16,834 nucleotides of DNA from Candidatus Heimdallarchaeota archaeon. GTDB taxonomy: Archaea > Asgardarchaeota > Heimdallarchaeia > Hodarchaeales > Hodarchaeaceae. The stretch lies in assembly GCA_020353515.1 (NCBI GenBank), contig CP070695.1, positions 1,012,227-1,029,060 on the forward strand, in the 5' to 3' direction. Numbering within the stretch: the stretch's first letter is position 1; every line of letters starts with the position of its first letter. Shown one piece after another: positions 7,694 to 15,640 of this stretch. The translations under genes and the position numbers were made by a program. The notes under the pieces are model-generated. The model made no database searches. It worked only from the letters and a program-made list of their open reading frames with translations, and was not told the origin of the DNA.

Positions 7694-8965
7694 TTGAAAT
7701 ATTCTCTTATTTGTCCTTCTTGTGGACAAAAATTCAGTGACAACTATCTACAAGTCTGTGATCATGACGCGGGTCTTGTTCGAACTGTATATAAGAATCA
7801 AAAATTAAGATTAAAACCAGTTAAGGGTATTTGGAAGTTTCAGGAGTGGTTACCAACTCATCACTCTTTATCCACGAATGGAGAGCTCAAGGTTTTCAAG
7901 AGTGATGGATTGAGTCGTGAATTAGGTCTTGAAAATCTTTTCTTAGCCTTCAATGGATACTATCCAGAGAGACAGGCTTCTTTAAAAACAGGAACTTTCA
8001 AAGAATTAGAAGCCCCTCCTACTATAGCCCGAGCATTAGATAAAAACATTCAAAGTCTTTGTATTGCATCTGCAGGAAACACTGCAAGGTCATTTGCTTA
8101 CTTAGCAGCATTGACAAATTTCAACATTGTTATTATTATTCCTTCAGAGGCTAAAGATCAAATATGGATTCCTACCAATCGTGATTCGACAAATGTACGT
8201 CTGATTGCATTAAATGGAAATACAGACTATTTTGATGCTATTTCATTTGCTAATAAATTCTCTACCCTCTCTAAAATTACTAATGAAGGAGGAGCACGGA
8301 ATGTTGCACGTCGAGATGGAATGGGAATCGTAATGTTAGAAGCAGCAGTCCATCTTAACCGCCTTCCTGATCATTATATACAAGCTGTTGGGAGTGGCAC
8401 AGGGGGAATTGCTGCTTATGAATCCTCATTAAGATTAGTTAAAGATGGCCGATTCGGCTCTAAACTGCCACAATTGCAATTGATTCAGAATTTGCCTTTC
8501 ACTCCTATGGTGGATGCATGGAAACAAAACAGTCGACACCTTTTTCTTGATCAAATAGACGAAAAAGAAATCATGAACAACATCGATGAGATTTCTGCAA
8601 AAGTACTCTCGAATAGACACCCTCCATATTCAATTCCTGGAGGGGTCTACGATTGTTTGAAAGCGACAAATGGTGACATGCACGGTGTTACCAATCAGGA
8701 AGCTTTTTCGGCTGGAAAACTCTTTGAAGACACAGAAGGTATTGATATAGTACCTGCTGCCGCAGTTGGAGTTGCAGGACTGATAAAACTAGCTGAAGAA
8801 GGAAAAATTGGTGCCAAAGAAATCATTTTAATGAACGTTACAGGGGGAGGTCTAAAAAGGCTTCATGAAGATTTGCCAATTCAATATATTACCCCCGAAA
8901 TAATTGGTAAAGAGCCAGAAGAAACTTATTCAGAAAATCAGGAGATTTCAGTCGTATCAACGTGA
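7694..8965 (+). CDS. Cysteate synthase (PLP-dependent, threonine-synthase-like; phosphoserine + sulfite to L-cysteate)
   Basis: N-terminal CxxC, FNGYYPER, TFKELEA (PLP Lys), ASAGNTARSFA, NEGGARNVARRDGMG, PDHYIQAVGSGTGGIA, LSNRHPPYSIPGGVYD and EGIDIVPAAAV. These motifs match cysteate synthase rather than generic ThrC. TTG start; directly upstream of comDE. Confidence 0.9.
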   Translation: MKYSLICPSCGQKFSDNYLQVCDHDAGLVRTVYKNQKLRLKPVKGIWKFQEWLPTHHSLSTNGELKVFKSDGLSRELGLENLFLAFNGYYPERQASLKTGTFKELEAPPTIARALDKNIQSLCIASAGNTARSFAYLAALTNFNIVIIIPSEAKDQIWIPTNRDSTNVRLIALNGNTDYFDAISFANKFSTLSKITNEGGARNVARRDGMGIVMLEAAVHLNRLPDHYIQAVGSGTGGIAAYESSLRLVKDGRFGSKLPQLQLIQNLPFTPMVDAWKQNSRHLFLDQIDEKEIMNNIDEISAKVLSNRHPPYSIPGGVYDCLKATNGDMHGVTNQEAFSAGKLFEDTEGIDIVPAAAVGVAGLIKLAEEGKIGAKEIILMNVTGGGLKRLHEDLPIQYITPEIIGKEPEETYSENQEISVVST

Positions 8966-9040
8966 TCAAACTCTTCTTTACCGCATTATTCGATACGATT
9001 TAATACAGATCATATCATTACTATCCTCGGGTGAAGTGTC

Positions 9041-10186
9041 TTGGCGTTTGAACAAATGTTTATTACAACTTTACGGCGCGCAGGAGTCGATGTTGTTCTA
9101 ACAAATCCGTGTGCCAGAATTAAGGAAGTTTTAAAGCTTCTAGAACAGGAATCAGCTTTTGATGTTATTCAATTACCCCGAGAAGATCTAGGGATTGGAA
9201 TAGCTGGAGGCGCTTTTTTAGCAGGAAAGAAACCTATTCTCCTTATTCAAAGCACTGGATTAGGGAATTTATTGAATTCTTTAGCTTCCTTAACATTAAC
9301 TTACCAATTCCCTCTTCCAATTTTCTGTAGCTGGCGTGGAGTGATAGATGAACCTATTGAAGCACAGAAACGTTTTGGTGGAGCAATAATTGGCATTTTT
9401 AAAGCAGTAAATGTTTCTGTTCATCTTATCAAGAATCAGGACGAAATTTCAATAATAGAAGAAAAGTTAAAAGGTTCATACAAAGAAAAGAGTGTTCATT
9501 TATTCCTTCTTTCTCCAAGACTTTGGACAGAAGGATTGATTGTAAAGCACACCATTAAACCGCGAAAATCTACCATTTCTGGAGAAATTAAATTCGATAA
9601 GTCATCATCCTCACCCTTTCTCACACGATACCAGACAATCCAGGAAATTACTAAGCAAATTTCTAATGATGTGGCTCTTATTTCAAATATTGGATTTCCT
9701 TCAAAAGAACTCTACAACATTAAGGATAGGCCAGGGAATTTCTATATGACAGGGAGTTTTGGACAAGTATCAGCTATTGGACTTGGAATATCACGATATA
9801 CGTCGAAACAAGTTATAGTGCTTGATGGTGATGGTTCAATCTTAATGAATCTATCAATCCTTCCCATGGTGGCTTACTATGGAACAAAAAATCTGACAAT
9901 AATATGTCTCGATAATGGTACATATGGTTCGACTGGTGATCAACCAACTTTAACCTGGGCTGGAGTTAATCTTGAAGTTGTTGCTAATAGTTTTGGTATG
10001 ACAAAGACTTGTACCGTCTATTCTGAAAAAGAGATAAAGAAAGCATTGAGGGAGAGAAATAAATATCAATTTATCCTTATTAAAATCAAACCTGGTAATG
10101 CAAAAGTAGGTTCTATCCAAATTGCCAACCAAGAGATAGGTCGTCGTTTTTCAAATTGGTTATTAGGTAAGATTTCAACTAACTAA
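9041..10186 (+). CDS. comDE: Sulfopyruvate decarboxylase, fused alpha/beta (ComD-ComE), ThDP-dependent
   Basis: ComD part: PC, REDLGIGIAGGAFLAG, LIQSTGLGN, SWRG, EPIEAQ. ComE part: TRYQTIQ, SNIGFPSKELY, DRPGNFYMTGSFG and the ThDP motif GDGSILMN...LDNGTYGSTGDQPT. TTG start with GGTGA upstream. Confidence 0.9.
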   Translation: MAFEQMFITTLRRAGVDVVLTNPCARIKEVLKLLEQESAFDVIQLPREDLGIGIAGGAFLAGKKPILLIQSTGLGNLLNSLASLTLTYQFPLPIFCSWRGVIDEPIEAQKRFGGAIIGIFKAVNVSVHLIKNQDEISIIEEKLKGSYKEKSVHLFLLSPRLWTEGLIVKHTIKPRKSTISGEIKFDKSSSSPFLTRYQTIQEITKQISNDVALISNIGFPSKELYNIKDRPGNFYMTGSFGQVSAIGLGISRYTSKQVIVLDGDGSILMNLSILPMVAYYGTKNLTIICLDNGTYGSTGDQPTLTWAGVNLEVVANSFGMTKTCTVYSEKEIKKALRERNKYQFILIKIKPGNAKVGSIQIANQEIGRRFSNWLLGKISTN

Positions 10187-10204
10187 AAAGAAAGGACAGC
10201 CTGA

Positions 10205-10762
10205 CTATTCACTGATTTTTGCGATTGCTTCAACAAGTGCTTTCTGCAATTGATCACGGCTAAAATGTAACCCAATAACTGGTATACGAACAACGCGATT
10301 AAGTGTATTTGCAGCAATTGGTCCACAAATCAGGGCAACGCATCCATCGTTTTCTGCTCGGATTCCCTGAATAATTTCTTCCTCAATGGTTGCTGCAGGA
10401 TATTCCGCCACCATAAAAGAACGATCTCCTATAGAGATAATTGGTTCAATTTCTTGCAAGGCATATCTTGCTGTAATTATACCTACAGCTGGTGTTTCAT
10501 GAGGACGAATCTCTAATTTTTTTAATGTTGTAACGATATTCTCTAACGTTGATACTCGTATATCAAAAGCTTTTACTGAAGAAATCTTATATAAAGTTCC
10601 TTCTGGGATGTTTGCTTCTTTTGCAAACTCCTTTAATGTCAAATTAAAGTGATCTATTGCCTCTTTTATCAACTTATCTTGAGTATTAGGAGATAAAATA
10701 AAGTTGATAAGAAATTCTTCCCAATAAGGTCGCGAACCAAGCTGTCGTTCCACCAGAATCAT
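10205..10762 (-). CDS. XRE-type HTH transcriptional regulator with C-terminal ligand-binding domain (MJ1545/COG4800-like)
   Basis: HTH segment LTLKEFAKEANIPEGTLYKISS...DIRVSTLENIV. The C-terminal VGIITAR, EYPAATIEEEII..IRAENDG..ALICGPI..TL..VVRIPV pattern resembles, from memory, the archaeal MJ1545-like family. Confidence 0.75.
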   Translation of the reverse strand: MILVERQLGSRPYWEEFLINFILSPNTQDKLIKEAIDHFNLTLKEFAKEANIPEGTLYKISSVKAFDIRVSTLENIVTTLKKLEIRPHETPAVGIITARYALQEIEPIISIGDRSFMVAEYPAATIEEEIIQGIRAENDGCVALICGPIAANTLNRVVRIPVIGLHFSRDQLQKALVEAIAKISE

Positions 10763-10810
10763 CTCTCTAGTTTTTTTCCTTTGTTTCAGGTGTTGGAGTA
10801 CTTCCTGTAT

Positions 10811-11725
10811 TTAATCATTTATCTGTTTAGGTTTTACAGGTGTTAGAGCATTTTTTAATTTTCTTGATGTGATTACTAATTGGTATTTGAATAGAAATTT
10901 TCGTGTCTTTTTTTGACGTCGAGAAAGATTAAACTGTGATCCACGGGAGAAAAAACCCGCGATGAGGCGTACAGCAGATCTAATACCATACTTTTGGCTT
11001 ATAATGAACCGAAATCCTCTTAAAATGACAATAATTGGATTGTAACCCATCGCACGCATTCCCCGCCCCCAATCATAGAAATCTACTGTTCCCTGCCCTT
11101 TACGAGAGACATGAAATTTAATAGCTGAGAAACTTCGGACTTCAAGACCTACTCTTAAACATTCAATCTGACATTGTGATTCCCATCCATAGGAGACTGG
11201 ATATCTTTCCCCATACCATTTCCAAAAGCGTACATCAAAGATCCTTCCTGACCCCCGAGCGTGATCAGGATTCATTGGTGCGTGAGGGGGATGACCCGAG
11301 GCTATGGCTAATCTTGGATTCTTCTTAAATTCTATTAGTAATTTCTCAATATAAGTTGGTTCTAATTGAGTGTCAGCTCCAATCACCAATATATAATCAT
11401 AATATTCTTTACACGCCTTCTCAAATCCTTTGTTAAAAGTTTCAGCAATTTTTGGTTTTCCTACTAGGCTCTCACCGCCTATCCTCTCAGGACGCTCTAC
11501 AATTCCCAGTTGAAACCTTATAGGCTTGAATTTCCTGAGTAGTGCCACTGTGTTGTCTTTAGAGCCATCGTCAACTACAACAACATACGAAGGTGGATGT
11601 GTTTGTCTATCTAATGATTTTAAAGTTGCTAGAATGTGTTCTTCTTCATTTCGGGCTGGAATCACCACATTAACAATTTTTCTTGACTTTTCTTTCACTG
11701 ATTGATTGATATTCACCTTTTTCAT
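10811..11725 (-). CDS. Glycosyltransferase family 2
   Basis: VVIPARNEEEHI, VVVVDDGSKDNT, ILVIGADT and YGWES. Start probably ATG 11725; the ORF track extends to 11848 through AT-rich, promoter-like DNA. Confidence 0.85.
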   Translation of the reverse strand: MKKVNINQSVKEKSRKIVNVVIPARNEEEHILATLKSLDRQTHPPSYVVVVDDGSKDNTVALLRKFKPIRFQLGIVERPERIGGESLVGKPKIAETFNKGFEKACKEYYDYILVIGADTQLEPTYIEKLLIEFKKNPRLAIASGHPPHAPMNPDHARGSGRIFDVRFWKWYGERYPVSYGWESQCQIECLRVGLEVRSFSAIKFHVSRKGQGTVDFYDWGRGMRAMGYNPIIVILRGFRFIISQKYGIRSAVRLIAGFFSRGSQFNLSRRQKKTRKFLFKYQLVITSRKLKNALTPVKPKQIND

Positions 11726-11896
11726 TAATGAAACCCTATAAAGACTATTCGAATGCTTGTACAAAGGATTACAACGAAAAATGTTATTAAAGCTTAGGAA
11801 AGCATATCTTAATGTATTTATTGTTAATATGATCTTCCTTAACACCAATATTCCACTAAATATGATTACTTAGGAAACTGGTGGTTTTCTTACATA

Positions 11897-12973
11897 TTGA
11901 AAGTCTTAGCTCTTAGGGTTCTAGCGTGGGATGTTACAGCCCGACTTCCCCAACGAATTGATTTTATTAAAGGTAGAATCTCTAAATCTGTTGATTACTC
12001 AGAAATTTATATTTCACCGATTCATACCTTTGGATATTACTTAGGATATATTATAAGCTTTATATTAACTATTCCACGACTTTTAAGAAGAAATTATGAT
12101 ATACTTCTGATAGAAAATGCTTACTTGGTTGTTTTCGGAATAATTTCACGACTCTCTGGGAAAAAAGTAATTGCAGAATATGTGGATTATTATCCAGATA
12201 TGCTTCATCGAATTTATCATACAAGAAAATTTCGGTATTTTGTGGCATTCATGCTTTGTAGCATGTTTTCAAAACTAGCAAATTTCGTGATTGTTGAAAC
12301 ACAATTAAGTAAACAAATCGTTATCTCTCTTGGAATTCCCTCCAAAAAAATACGCGTGATAAGTCAATCTCCAGACTTATCAGTAATAAAACGTCAAGAT
12401 AGGCACGAAATTCGTCGAAAATATGGTATCACGGATGATGAGTTTGTAATCGGATATCTAGGAAAATTTCCTGATCATTATGGGTTGGAACTCATTCCTG
12501 CAGCTACTGCAAGTGCTCAAAAACAGACAAAAAGAAACCTAGTTCTACTTATGGTGGGTGATGGAGAATTTCTATCTAAAATCGAGGAAATGACAAACGA
12601 GAATGGTTATAGAGCTATTTTTCCAGGGAGGGTTCCTTTTCAGGAGGTTTCCAAATATTATTCTTCTTTTGATGTTCTCATCTATACACCAAATACAGCC
12701 TCTGGAATTAAATTAGCTGAAGCCCTTGTATTAGGAGTTCCTGTCATCGTTGGAGCTGGTTATGCCACTGAATTTATAAAAGATGGATATAATGGTTTTG
12801 TTGCTGAACCACGAGCAGTTGAAGCGTATGCTAAAAAAATAATAGAAGTTGAAAGTCGGACAGAAGAAGACCTACAAAATCTATCTGAAAGGATAAGACA
12901 CTATGCACATAAGCGTTTTGTGCTTTCTCATAACCAATATCTTATCATGTTTAACGAAGTAATCAAGAATTAA
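11897..12973 (+). CDS. Glycosyltransferase family 4
   Basis: FVIGYLGK, LLMVGDG, FPGRVPFQEV, FDVLIY, KLAEALVLGVPVI and IKDGYNGF. TTG start. The 3' end overlaps the convergent gene by 11 nt. Confidence 0.85.
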   Translation: MKVLALRVLAWDVTARLPQRIDFIKGRISKSVDYSEIYISPIHTFGYYLGYIISFILTIPRLLRRNYDILLIENAYLVVFGIISRLSGKKVIAEYVDYYPDMLHRIYHTRKFRYFVAFMLCSMFSKLANFVIVETQLSKQIVISLGIPSKKIRVISQSPDLSVIKRQDRHEIRRKYGITDDEFVIGYLGKFPDHYGLELIPAATASAQKQTKRNLVLLMVGDGEFLSKIEEMTNENGYRAIFPGRVPFQEVSKYYSSFDVLIYTPNTASGIKLAEALVLGVPVIVGAGYATEFIKDGYNGFVAEPRAVEAYAKKIIEVESRTEEDLQNLSERIRHYAHKRFVLSHNQYLIMFNEVIKN

Positions 12974-13976
12974 ACTTCATCTTGGACTGTTCTGACACAT
13001 TTTTTCCTAATCTTTGTGTGATCAATAGGAGGAAAATTAGTCCCAAGGTGACACCAAACCACAGAGTGGTCATTCGTATCAGAATCACCAGAGCTCCAGC
13101 CGTTGACAGACTAATAACTAAAAGGTTCACTAAAAATAACTCCATACTTCCCTCCATTACTCCCAATCCACCAGGTAGGAATGATACAGCTCCAAGTAGA
13201 GAGGAGGTTGCATAAATAAAAATCGAAGTTTCAAATGTAATAGAAATTCCTAAACTTTGAGCTAATAAGAAAAAACCTATACCCTCACATGTCCACCCTA
13301 TGATTCCTAATAATAAAGCTCCGAGAAACACATCGTAATGAAAAGTGACTACAACATCTGATCGAAATTTATCTATTTTCTTTCCAACTCCAAACCAAGG
13401 CTTTAAGTGGAAAATCCAACTGAAAATATTGTATAATGGATCGAATAAAAAGATTAGAACTCCAAGGAGAATACCAAGGAGAATTATTACAAGAATTGGT
13501 AAGAAATCAACTGATTGTCGAAACTCTAAGACGAAAACTCCTAATAGTGCTAGGATAGTCACCGCTAACAAGTCAATTAATCGTTCTGAAAATGTTGATG
13601 CAAGGCCTTTTGAGAGTTCAACAGAGCTTGTTTTTTGAAGAAAAAATGCCCTAATAGCTTCACCAACTTTTGCGGGAGTTATTGAAAGACTTAGACCAGC
13701 GAAAAATATCAGAAAGTTATCTTTGAATGGGATGTTAAGTTCTAGACTCCGTGTAAATAGAAGCCATTTAAAAAATCGACAGAAATAATTTCCCAAACTC
13801 AGAAACACAGCTAGCATAACCACTAGCGGATCAACATTGAATATTTGTTTAATCAGATCCTCCCAATCACCAAATATCATTATGAGAAGGTAAACAAATA
13901 TTGCTAGTATTATGGCAAAAATGAAAGAACGAAAACTTAAAACTTGGGATAATGTTTCCTGTTTTGATGTCTCCAT
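12963..13976 (-). CDS. UPF0104 / lysylphosphatidylglycerol-synthase TM domain protein (putative glycolipid flippase)
   Basis: RFFKW, ITPAKVGEAIRAFFL, ERLIDL, SFLPGGLGVMEG and LIRMTTLWF; multi-TM. Start probably ATG 13976 (track gives 14018). Confidence 0.85.
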   Translation of the reverse strand: METSKQETLSQVLSFRSFIFAIILAIFVYLLIMIFGDWEDLIKQIFNVDPLVVMLAVFLSLGNYFCRFFKWLLFTRSLELNIPFKDNFLIFFAGLSLSITPAKVGEAIRAFFLQKTSSVELSKGLASTFSERLIDLLAVTILALLGVFVLEFRQSVDFLPILVIILLGILLGVLIFLFDPLYNIFSWIFHLKPWFGVGKKIDKFRSDVVVTFHYDVFLGALLLGIIGWTCEGIGFFLLAQSLGISITFETSIFIYATSSLLGAVSFLPGGLGVMEGSMELFLVNLLVISLSTAGALVILIRMTTLWFGVTLGLIFLLLITQRLGKNVSEQSKMKFNS

Positions 13977-14019
13977 GGAAAAAACCAAGAATTTACCTGA
14001 AGATATGTGTTTATACAAG

Positions 14020-15072
14020 TTAAAAGACTAATAAATGGTTTAAATTAGGATCTTTTGAGAGTTTCTCTGTTATCCGCTTTATTTCACGGGCGTTCTTTTT
14101 ATGACAAACAAATACACAATCTTCAGTATTAACAACAACAATGTCTGAAATCCCAAGCGCAATAACTGGTTTCTCTCCAAAGAAAACGTTATTTTTGACA
14201 TCCAGGCCTAAAAAGTCCCCCTGTATTACGTTTCCATCGGAGTCGGATTCTAAAATGCGATCTAGAGAATCCCAAGTACCTATATCATCCCAATGGAAAT
14301 CCCCTTTAACTACCACTAGATCAGAGGTCTTCTCCATAACTCCATAATCAATAGATACTTTAGGGAGGGGATTGAAAGCATTAAGGGCTTCTGTTTCATC
14401 AAACGCAGTGGTTTTTATTTTTTCAAGAGCTTGATATAAAGAAGGCATGTACTGCCGGATATTACTATATAAAATCGAAGGTTTGACAATAAACATACCA
14501 GAATTCCATAGATATCCAAGGTCAATATAATTTTGTGCCTGAGCCTCATTGGGTTTTTCTGTGAAACTCTCAACCTCAAATGTAGGAATTAAAATCTTTT
14601 CAATTCTCTTTCCTGGATTAATATATCCAAAACGTGTCTCAATACGACTCGGTTTTATTCCAATTGTAGCAATTTTTCCCTTTTCGGCCAGTTTAATGGC
14701 GGTTGCTAAAACCTCTTTAAAATGATTAATGTCTGGAATATGATAATCTGCTCCCATAAAAAGTGTAACTTCATCATTTTCCTCGTGAAGGAAGTGAGCA
14801 CATACAAATCCCATTCCAGCAGCAGAATCTCGGCCAATTGGTTCTACAACCATTTTAACTTGAGGTAGCTGCTTTTGGATAATGGATTTTATTTCTTTTC
14901 TAGTTGATACAACAATTTTCTCTTCTCCAACAATTTCGCTAGCAATTTCAAATATTCGTTGAATCAAAGACAGTTTTCCATCAAGAGAGATAAATTGTTT
15001 GGGTAGGTTAATGCGGGATATAGGCCATAAACGTTCACCTCCTCCACCAGCTAAGATAACGATGAAAACCAT
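14020..15072 (-). CDS. manC: Mannose-1-phosphate guanylyltransferase (no PMI domain)
   Basis: VILAGGGGERLWPISR..PKQF, EPIGRDSA, ADYHI, ETRFGYI, FTEKP, YLWNSGMF, SIDYGVMEK and WDDIGTW. ATG 15072 is preceded by GAGG (track gives 15114). Confidence 0.9.
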   Translation of the reverse strand: MVFIVILAGGGGERLWPISRINLPKQFISLDGKLSLIQRIFEIASEIVGEEKIVVSTRKEIKSIIQKQLPQVKMVVEPIGRDSAAGMGFVCAHFLHEENDEVTLFMGADYHIPDINHFKEVLATAIKLAEKGKIATIGIKPSRIETRFGYINPGKRIEKILIPTFEVESFTEKPNEAQAQNYIDLGYLWNSGMFIVKPSILYSNIRQYMPSLYQALEKIKTTAFDETEALNAFNPLPKVSIDYGVMEKTSDLVVVKGDFHWDDIGTWDSLDRILESDSDGNVIQGDFLGLDVKNNVFFGEKPVIALGISDIVVVNTEDCVFVCHKKNAREIKRITEKLSKDPNLNHLLVF

Positions 15073-15165
15073 TAGTATTGCCTCAATCATCGAGAATGAA
15101 TAAGCATTTGTCAATGGATATTATTAGGTTATCAAGGCATTCATGTGATAAATCTTCATCGTTCT

Positions 15166-15537
15166 TTATGAAAGATGTTTCTTGATTAGTTGGGTGAGCT
15201 CTTTTGTACTAAATGGTTTTGTGAGATATTCATCAGCTCCAGCCTTTAATCCGAGCTCTATATCATGCCTCAATACTTTTGCTGAAAAAATGATAATTGG
15301 AATATGTTTAAATCTATTATCTTGCTTCAATTGTTGGCAAACTTCAAGTCCAGATAACCCTGGCATTCTAATATCTAAAAGTATGAGATCAGGGAGCTTT
15401 TCTACTAGATCTAAAGCTTCTTTACCATTTGTTGCTCTCCAGGTTATGTAGTTTTCATGTTCTAGAATGGTACTTAACATCTCGAGAGTATCTTCTTCAT
15501 CATCTACAATGAGGATTCTCTTCTTCTCTGTGGACAT
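15166..15537 (-). CDS. Single-domain response regulator (receiver)
   Basis: ILIVDDE, PDLILLDIRMPGLSG (phospho-acceptor Asp), IIIFSAK and GADEYLTKPF. Start probably ATG 15537 given the TATA box near 15591 (track gives 15576). Confidence 0.92.
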   Translation of the reverse strand: MSTEKKRILIVDDEEDTLEMLSTILEHENYITWRATNGKEALDLVEKLPDLILLDIRMPGLSGLEVCQQLKQDNRFKHIPIIIFSAKVLRHDIELGLKAGADEYLTKPFSTKELTQLIKKHLS

Positions 15538-15580
15538 TGTAAAACCTGGATGGAAGGAATTCTCTAAACCACTCATGAAT

Positions 15581-15606
15581 TATAAGTAACTTATATAAGA
15601 ACTTTA
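15581..15606 (-). promoter_or_regulatory. TATA-box candidate for the response regulator
   Basis: Palindromic CTTATATAAG at 15590-15599, overlapped by the inverted repeat TATAAG-taa-CTTATA (15581-15595), 53-62 nt upstream of ATG 15537. Confidence 0.4.
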
Positions 15607-15640
15607 TAGTCTTTGTACAAAAAAGATCAGATTATAAAAA

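Noticed and set aside
7694-8965. Annotation as threonine synthase
   Set aside because: FKELEA, EGGARNVARRDG and LSNRxPPY motifs, plus adjacency to comDE, fit cysteate synthase better.
8435-10132. ORFs 8435..8620, 8904..9101 and 9950..10132
   Set aside because: They overlap cysteate synthase or comDE. 8904..9101 bridges the two genes out of frame, but both have intact ends and comDE has its own RBS-like GGTGA, so there is no case for a frameshift fusion.
9041-10186. Annotation as phosphonopyruvate decarboxylase
   Set aside because: No PEP mutase is in the window. The SNIGFPSKEL, QSTGLGN and GSTGDQPT motifs and the cysteate synthase neighbour favour ComDE.
11793-11877. Direct repeat CTTAGGAAA at 11793 and 11869 in the GT2/GT4 divergent spacer
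   Set aside because: Only two 9-bp copies in AT-rich DNA, which is too weak to call a regulatory site or repeat array.
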